Sequence record: SRR22947725_3677
DNA length: 64,000 nucleotides
Direction: 5' to 3' (one strand)
Shown: positions 58,318-64,000 of the stretch, piece by piece
How positions within the stretch are numbered: the stretch's first letter is position 1
Layout of the letters: each line of letters starts with the position of its first letter
Made by a program: the position numbers and the translations under genes
The notes under the pieces: model-generated
What the model was told of the DNA's origin: nothing
Seen by the model: the letters and a program-made list of their open reading frames with translations, nothing else
The model's database searches: none

Positions 58318-60579
58318 TTGAAATTAAAATTACATCTGTTCGTTTTATTTCTATTACCGTTTGGGATAGCTGCTCAAAGCTATAGGTGGACAGGAAGTGG
58401 TGCAGATAATGACTTTTTTAATGAAGCGAATTGGATTGATTCAATTTCAGAAGAACAGCCAGAAGATGGAAGCATCGAGCCTTCAGAAACCATCAATGCA
58501 GATCTTTTTCTTACATGCGATGTTGTAGGGGGTGCAACAACTACTGGAGGCGCTACTATTGCTTCTCAAGTACCTACTCTTTTTAGTGTCGGAGCAAATA
58601 CTGCTTGGCCTTATGTTTTTACTGCTGCTACTCAAGGGGATGGAACTAATGGCGCATATCTAACTTTCGTAATCCATGTTACTAGTTTACCTGCTGAAGG
58701 AGCAAACTACCGCATCGTAAGGACTGTTGCCAATGAAAATTGGGATTACGCAAACCCTCAGCCACTCACTTTAGGAACAAATACCATTCACCTAAATGGT
58801 GTAAGTTTTGACCGAACCGTTAAATTTCAATTTAGTAGTGGAGCTGTAGTTTTTGATGAACTCTCACTTAATGGAAATCCAATTTATTCACTCCCTAGTG
58901 GGTCAATTGTTTTAAACCCTTCCAATACACTAGAACTTTCAAATGGCACACTAGATGCGCTTAGTTTTTCAGGTGGTATATTGGTTTTAAAACAGAACGC
59001 TTATGTGAATTTAACTGGTGCTGATCCGCTTCCAAATGGCGCACAAGTGTTTTTAAACGCTGCCCTAAGTTGGTTGCGTTTGGATGCTATAAATCCGAAT
59101 CAAGCTAATAATGATTACCTATCTCAAATTGCTGTATTTGATCAGACTGCAGAATATCCAATAAACATCCGCCTCGACAATTATTATGATCATGGGACTG
59201 TTATAAGACCTCAAAATCTTGAAGTGACTCCCCTATCGATTTTCACTAATGAAAACCTGACGGGAACAGAAGCTGAAATACAGATCAATCAAAATTATCA
59301 GGGTGTTTCAATTCCCAACCAGATGAACGACAATATTCGTTCGTTTGTATTGAAGAAAGGCTACATGGCGACCATGGCTGTGAATACGGATGGTACGGGG
59401 AAGAGTAAGGTTTTTATCGCCTCAGAAGAAGATTTAGAAGTTCATGCGTTACCCACTTTATTTGAGGAAGGGGTTTCGTTTATCCGTGTACTCCCTTGGA
59501 ATTGGGTCTCCAAAAAAGGGACTGGCGGTGATATTCTTGGAATGAATAATTCATGGTATTACAGGTGGAGCAATAAATGGGACTCTGATTTACAACGAGA
59601 ATGCCCTCCGATGGCGTGGGGATACAATGGAGCCAATGATGCTGATGATATCTTAATATACCAATCCAAGTATAAAACAACACATGTTTTAGGCTTTAAC
59701 GAACCTGATGATTGCAACGGGCAATCTGGACAATACAATAACTTGTGCGACATTAATACGGCTTTAGGGGTCTATGAAAACTTAATGAAAACAGGGATGC
59801 GTCTTGTTTCTCCAGCATGCAGACAAGGGGCCGTGTTTGATTGGCTTGATCCATTTTATCAACAAGCAATACAAAATGACATTAGAATCGATGTAATTGC
59901 TGTGCATTGGTATGATTGGGGAGGTGGTCCACAAGATTCTCCAAATGGAAATCCAGCTTCTATTTTTACTCGGTTTAAAAACTACCTAACAGATGTGTAT
60001 GCTCTATACGGTTTGCCTATATGGATTACAGAATTTAATGCCAATAAATACCGCACTCCAGCAGTAAATGAACAGTTTATGAGGCTAGCCATCCCATATT
60101 TAGAAAGCTTGGATTATGTAGAGCGTTATGCGTGGTTTGAGCCGCTTCCTATAGTTGAAGGGGAGGTGCTTGGAAATGCGGAATTTTATGACGCAAACAC
60201 GGATCTTACTGAAATTGGACACTATTATAAGAACCATGCATCAACACCATCGATTCCTGAGCCCTCTTATAGTGGTCCTGATAATTTAAGCAGTGGTGTG
60301 GTTAACAGCTATACCTATTCGTGTGATCCATCCAATTTACTTTCTTCTAGCCAATCGGATTCTCCGCAAACATACTTCTTAAAAGTCATCCCGAACCCAG
60401 CGACAACCAACATAAAAGTGATTCATTCAGAACCCATTGAAAGCCTCAATATTTATACAATTCATGGAGCGCTAATTCATAAAAAAATGACAACCAATAC
60501 AGTCGATATTTCTGATTTAAAAAAAGGGATTTACTTTATCAAAGTCAATCAATACCATGCTAAGTTTGTAAAGCTTTAA
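58318..60579 (+). CDS. T9SS-secreted GH128-like glycoside hydrolase
   Basis: WYYRW, LGFNEPD acid/base, AVHWY, PIWITEF nucleophile, VERYAWF; C-terminal IPNPA...KGIYFIKV. Confidence 0.82.
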   Translation: MKLKLHLFVLFLLPFGIAAQSYRWTGSGADNDFFNEANWIDSISEEQPEDGSIEPSETINADLFLTCDVVGGATTTGGATIASQVPTLFSVGANTAWPYVFTAATQGDGTNGAYLTFVIHVTSLPAEGANYRIVRTVANENWDYANPQPLTLGTNTIHLNGVSFDRTVKFQFSSGAVVFDELSLNGNPIYSLPSGSIVLNPSNTLELSNGTLDALSFSGGILVLKQNAYVNLTGADPLPNGAQVFLNAALSWLRLDAINPNQANNDYLSQIAVFDQTAEYPINIRLDNYYDHGTVIRPQNLEVTPLSIFTNENLTGTEAEIQINQNYQGVSIPNQMNDNIRSFVLKKGYMATMAVNTDGTGKSKVFIASEEDLEVHALPTLFEEGVSFIRVLPWNWVSKKGTGGDILGMNNSWYYRWSNKWDSDLQRECPPMAWGYNGANDADDILIYQSKYKTTHVLGFNEPDDCNGQSGQYNNLCDINTALGVYENLMKTGMRLVSPACRQGAVFDWLDPFYQQAIQNDIRIDVIAVHWYDWGGGPQDSPNGNPASIFTRFKNYLTDVYALYGLPIWITEFNANKYRTPAVNEQFMRLAIPYLESLDYVERYAWFEPLPIVEGEVLGNAEFYDANTDLTEIGHYYKNHASTPSIPEPSYSGPDNLSSGVVNSYTYSCDPSNLLSSSQSDSPQTYFLKVIPNPATTNIKVIHSEPIESLNIYTIHGALIHKKMTTNTVDISDLKKGIYFIKVNQYHAKFVKL

Positions 60580-60642
60580 AGCAAATAGCAGATGTTGTAT
60601 CTTCAAAAATTAAATATAAATTCTCTAGTAAATTACTACGCA

Positions 60643-62148
60643 ATGAAACGATTAAAAGGTGTATTTCTTTTGGTACTGGCGCTAACAATTACCGCTTCAA
60701 AAACGGTTAAACCCCCAGAGAAACTCAATGTTTTATTTATCATAGCTGATGATTTAAATTGTGCCATAGGTGCTTATGGAGATAGGCTTGTAAAAACACC
60801 AAATCTTGACAAACTAGCTAAACAAGGGTTGATTTTTACGAATGCACACGTTCAATATCCACTTTGTGGACCATCCAGAGTTTCATTGATGACGGGCTTG
60901 TATCCTGATCAAACAAAATCGAAAAAACTTCGGCTCTATGTTCGCCAAACAATTCCAGATGTCATTACCCTTGGACAGAAATTCAGAATGGAAAATTACC
61001 ACTCGGTTAGGGTTGGTAAAATTTATCATTACCACAATCCAAGAGACATTGGAACCGCTGGGCACGACGATTCATTTACGTGGGATCGGACTGTCAATCC
61101 ATATGGCCGCGACAAAAAAGAAGAATACAAAATAGCCTCCCTAAAGCGAAAATTGGATGGAGGTACGCTGAGTTGGCTCGAAGCAGAAGGCACAGATGAA
61201 GAGCAAACCGATGGCATTGGAGCGACAGAAACCATGGCCTTTTTAGATGAGTTCGCACAAAGCGGAGAAAATTTCTTTTTAGCTTTTGGGCTTTATCGTC
61301 CTCATGTTCCGTTTGTAGCACCAAAGCAATATTTTGATCTTTATGACATCAACGATTTTAGTGTCCCACAAAGCTCCAACGCCTATTTAAAAACTATCCC
61401 AAAAGCGGCGGCAATTTCTGTACGAGCCAAAAAAGAACAAGTTGATTTGGATCAGGAATTAGCCAAAAAAATTAAGCATGCCTACTATGCTACCACAAGT
61501 TTTATGGATGCGCAGATTGGACGGGTATTGGATAAACTAAAAGAAACTGGCCTGGACAAAAACACCATCGTTGTTTTTACATCAGATCATGGATACCACC
61601 TTGGAGAACATGGGCACTGGCAAAAGCAAACACTTTTTGATGCTGCGACGCGAGTTCCGCTAATTTTTACAGGGCCCGGAATTAGAAAAAATAAACGTGT
61701 TGAATACCCGACTGAACTGGTTGATTTATACCCTACAATCATGGATATGGTTGGAATGCAAACGCCTGATTTTGTTCAAGGAAAAAGTCTTGTCCCCTAT
61801 ACCAAACGCGGAAGTTCTGCTGTTCGAGAAAGTGCTTTAACAGAACTTCAAGTGAACACTCCTAGGGGAAAAGCACAAGGGTACTCAATAAAAACGAAAC
61901 GCTATCGGTTTAGCCAATGGGAACTTAACGGTCGGTTGAGCTACGAGCTCTACGACCACACCATTGATGCCGCTGAACTTCAAAATAGAGCAAATCATAT
62001 CGATTATAAAAGGGTTCAAGATTCGCTTCATAACGTACTGACGTTACGTATTGCAGAGGCTAAACAAGTGCCTAATGGCCTTGGCAAACAACTAGATGGC
62101 GCAATCCCTTGGCACGAACCCATTCGGATTCGTTCTAAGTTGAAATAA
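60643..62148 (+). CDS. Cys-type S1 sulfatase (iduronate-2-sulfatase-like)
   Basis: NVLFIIADDL, CGPSRVSLMTG, GKIYH, RPHVPF, SDHGYHLGEHG. ATG 60643 preferred because it gives a signal peptide. Confidence 0.92.
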   Translation: MKRLKGVFLLVLALTITASKTVKPPEKLNVLFIIADDLNCAIGAYGDRLVKTPNLDKLAKQGLIFTNAHVQYPLCGPSRVSLMTGLYPDQTKSKKLRLYVRQTIPDVITLGQKFRMENYHSVRVGKIYHYHNPRDIGTAGHDDSFTWDRTVNPYGRDKKEEYKIASLKRKLDGGTLSWLEAEGTDEEQTDGIGATETMAFLDEFAQSGENFFLAFGLYRPHVPFVAPKQYFDLYDINDFSVPQSSNAYLKTIPKAAAISVRAKKEQVDLDQELAKKIKHAYYATTSFMDAQIGRVLDKLKETGLDKNTIVVFTSDHGYHLGEHGHWQKQTLFDAATRVPLIFTGPGIRKNKRVEYPTELVDLYPTIMDMVGMQTPDFVQGKSLVPYTKRGSSAVRESALTELQVNTPRGKAQGYSIKTKRYRFSQWELNGRLSYELYDHTIDAAELQNRANHIDYKRVQDSLHNVLTLRIAEAKQVPNGLGKQLDGAIPWHEPIRIRSKLK

Positions 62149-62205
62149 GTTGAGTTATCAATTAAAACAAGTCTAAATTTACTGGAATAAACCTTTTTTT
62201 AGTTG

Positions 62206-62277
62206 TAGCCTCGCCAGGAATCGAACCTGGATCTAAAGTTTAGGAAACTTCTATTCTATCCGTTGAACTACGAGGCT
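62206..62277 (-). tRNA. tRNA-Arg(CCT)
   Basis: Reverse complement AGCCTCG TA GTTC AACGGATA GAAT A GAAGT TT CCT AA ACTTT AGAT CCAGG TTCGATT CCTGG CGAGGCT A forms a full cloverleaf; CCA is not encoded. Confidence 0.95.
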
Positions 62278-62927
62278 AGTTGTATGATACTAAAGATGCC
62301 AAAAAAGAGGAATTGAATCAACACCAAGTGAAATGAAAAGACACGGTCTTTGGTTCTTACTTTAGTTTGATAAATCCATTGAATAGGAAAGGCAACCAAA
62401 AACCAACCAATATAGTTTGATAAAGGCGCGGTCACTTCGGCAAATTCCCAATAGTCAAATTTTGGTGCCACAGGCTCAATAACAAGATCTAAAAGCACCA
62501 TGAGTAATGCGCCTAAACCAGCTGCCCAAAATGCGGAGCGTTTAAAAAACACCGCCCCTACTGCTCCCGTTATAAAAGTAAGCATCACCCAGTTTGCGCC
62601 AATTAGTAGCGGAACACCTCCTAGCTTGACACCCAAGTTGTTTCCATATACATACTGTCCAAAAATAAGTCCGTAGTTTACCCCTAAAAGCTCGACACCC
62701 ATGCCCACAACAAATGCGACCGAAGCAGCAATTGCCACTCCCCGATTAATCTCAGGAAGGTTAACAAATAGGAGCAAAAACGTGATAAACAGGTTAATCG
62801 GTGTCGTTTCTAAAAACAATTCTCGATCGATAAATAGGATGCCCAATAGTCCTGAAAAATGAAATAACCAGATAAGCCCTACCGATATTTTGGCGGTACC
62901 CGTCTTAGGAATAAAAAGGTCTTTCAT
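62268..62927 (-). CDS. cruF: Carotenoid biosynthesis membrane protein (CruF-type 1',2'-hydratase)
   Basis: E.LGV.YG.IFGQY.YG..LG, VPLLIG.NW, D.VIEPVA, PLSNY.GW; downstream of a carotenoid desaturase. Confidence 0.8.
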   Translation of the reverse strand: MKDLFIPKTGTAKISVGLIWLFHFSGLLGILFIDRELFLETTPINLFITFLLLFVNLPEINRGVAIAASVAFVVGMGVELLGVNYGLIFGQYVYGNNLGVKLGGVPLLIGANWVMLTFITGAVGAVFFKRSAFWAAGLGALLMVLLDLVIEPVAPKFDYWEFAEVTAPLSNYIGWFLVAFPIQWIYQTKVRTKDRVFSFHLVLIQFLFFGIFSIIQLAS

Positions 62928-64000
62928 GGTTTTGGTATTAGTTCTGCAACAATCTTAGCAGATAACAAACATAACGGAATTCCTCCTCCCGGATGAACAC
63001 TTCCCCCACAAAAATATAGATTTGCTATGGCTTTCGAAAAATTAGGATGGCGTAAAAAAGCAGCCATTTTATTGTTTGACGATGCCCCATACAAAGCCCC
63101 TAAATACGATTGTGTTCGTTGTTCTATGATGTTTGGCGTCATAATCCATTCTTCTTCTATAAGCGAAGTGATATCTTCCCCTAAAGCATTGTTAAGTTTG
63201 GCAATTACCCAGTGGCGCAATTCTTTTGCTAAAGTTTCCCAATCTTGTCCTGAGTCGTGAGGTGCATTAACCATTACAAACCAATTTTCACATCCTTCAG
63301 GAGCATCGGCAATTACATCCTTAGACGTGATGTTGACATACACGGTAGGGTCGTTAACCACTATTTTATCCTTAAAAATTGCATCAAACTCGGCTTTATA
63401 ATCCTTAGAGAAAAAGATGTTGTGTAAATCCAGTTGTGGAAACGATTTTTTAATTCCCCAATAGAATATAACTGCAGAACTTGACCGTTCTTGCGTCAAT
63501 ATTTTTTCGGGTTGTTTTTGATTGGGTAATAGCTTGCGATAAGTCGGTACTACGTCCATATTGGAGACCACCAAATCAGCAAAATATTCCTCACTCTTTG
63601 ATATGATTCCTGTCGCTTTTTTGTTTGTGACAAGAATTTTTTCAACGGGATGCTCCAAATGAAATACAACACCCATGCGCTTAGCAAGTTGATGCAAGGA
63701 GTCACTAATGTCTCCCATTCCCTTTTGGGGAATATAGGTTCCATAATGTTGCTCTAGATGTTGAACTAGCGTCATCATTCCTGGAGTTTGATAGGGGTTT
63801 GAGCCGTTATAGGTTGCAAAACGGTTGTAAAACTGCACCAGATGGGGTTCACTAAGCTGTTTTTGATTCACATTATCAAGAGACGTATCTATTTCAAACG
63901 AAAAATAATTAGCGATCCCTATCAAGGTTTCCTTTCGTAAAAAGGTCTGCCATTTATGAAGCGAATGTTCTAAAAAAAGGGTTTTTGTGCGGTCAAATTT
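62924..64000 (-). CDS. crtD: Carotenoid desaturase, CrtD/CrtI family (5' part beyond the window edge)
   Basis: Frame is open to 64000; RFATYNGSNPY, GALYGASSN, LYFCGGSVHPGGGIPLCLLSA. Confidence 0.8.
   Translation of the reverse strand, partial: KFDRTKTLFLEHSLHKWQTFLRKETLIGIANYFSFEIDTSLDNVNQKQLSEPHLVQFYNRFATYNGSNPYQTPGMMTLVQHLEQHYGTYIPQKGMGDISDSLHQLAKRMGVVFHLEHPVEKILVTNKKATGIISKSEEYFADLVVSNMDVVPTYRKLLPNQKQPEKILTQERSSSAVIFYWGIKKSFPQLDLHNIFFSKDYKAEFDAIFKDKIVVNDPTVYVNITSKDVIADAPEGCENWFVMVNAPHDSGQDWETLAKELRHWVIAKLNNALGEDITSLIEEEWIMTPNIIEQRTQSYLGALYGASSNNKMAAFLRHPNFSKAIANLYFCGGSVHPGGGIPLCLLSAKIVAELIPKP

Noticed and set aside
40752-62277. Sulfatase locus as a genomic island integrated at tRNA-Arg
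   Set aside because: It abuts the tRNA 3' end, but I found no integrase, transposase or duplicated tRNA 3' end by eye.
662-63744. Many 60-117 aa ORFs nested in or antisense to the called genes
   Set aside because: No recognisable motifs; they are shadow frames of well-supported genes.
1-64000. CRISPR arrays, insertion sequences, prophage or rRNA genes
   Set aside because: No repeat-spacer arrays, transposase, integrase, phage structural genes or rRNA sequence seen.

Overview
64 kb of a Bacteroidota chromosome, most likely a marine Flavobacteriaceae (TAnnTTTG -7 promoter boxes, SusC/SusD, type IX secretion C-terminal domains). It has four parts. (1) 1-372: a tRNA-Leu 5' half duplicated around a small GIY-YIG nuclease gene; the upstream copy carries a 20-bp hairpin insertion. 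(2) 464-20236: housekeeping genes (prs, rplY, pth, ribF, serS, rsmA, mgtE, arsC, lysC, mfd, a short metG, a frameshifted ssb). (3) 20267-40457, minus strand: a beta-1,3-glucan (laminarin-type) locus with a LuxR/Y_Y_Y regulator, a clan GH-A hydrolase fused to a probable beta-barrel, a glycan-binding lipoprotein, GH16, GH149, three GH17 domains (one fused to an MFS permease), GH30 and a GH3 with an inserted EF-hand pair. It has no susC/susD. (4) 40752-62148: a sulfatase-rich locus with a Rieske-like TAT protein, a formylglycine-generating enzyme, two DoxX proteins, four Cys-type sulfatases, a hybrid two-component system, SusC/SusD and two T9SS proteins that share an unrecognised ~100-aa domain. 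The window ends with tRNA-Arg(CCT), overlapped by cruF, and a crtD/crtI-type gene cut by the edge. All family calls come from reading motifs by eye; no searches were run.
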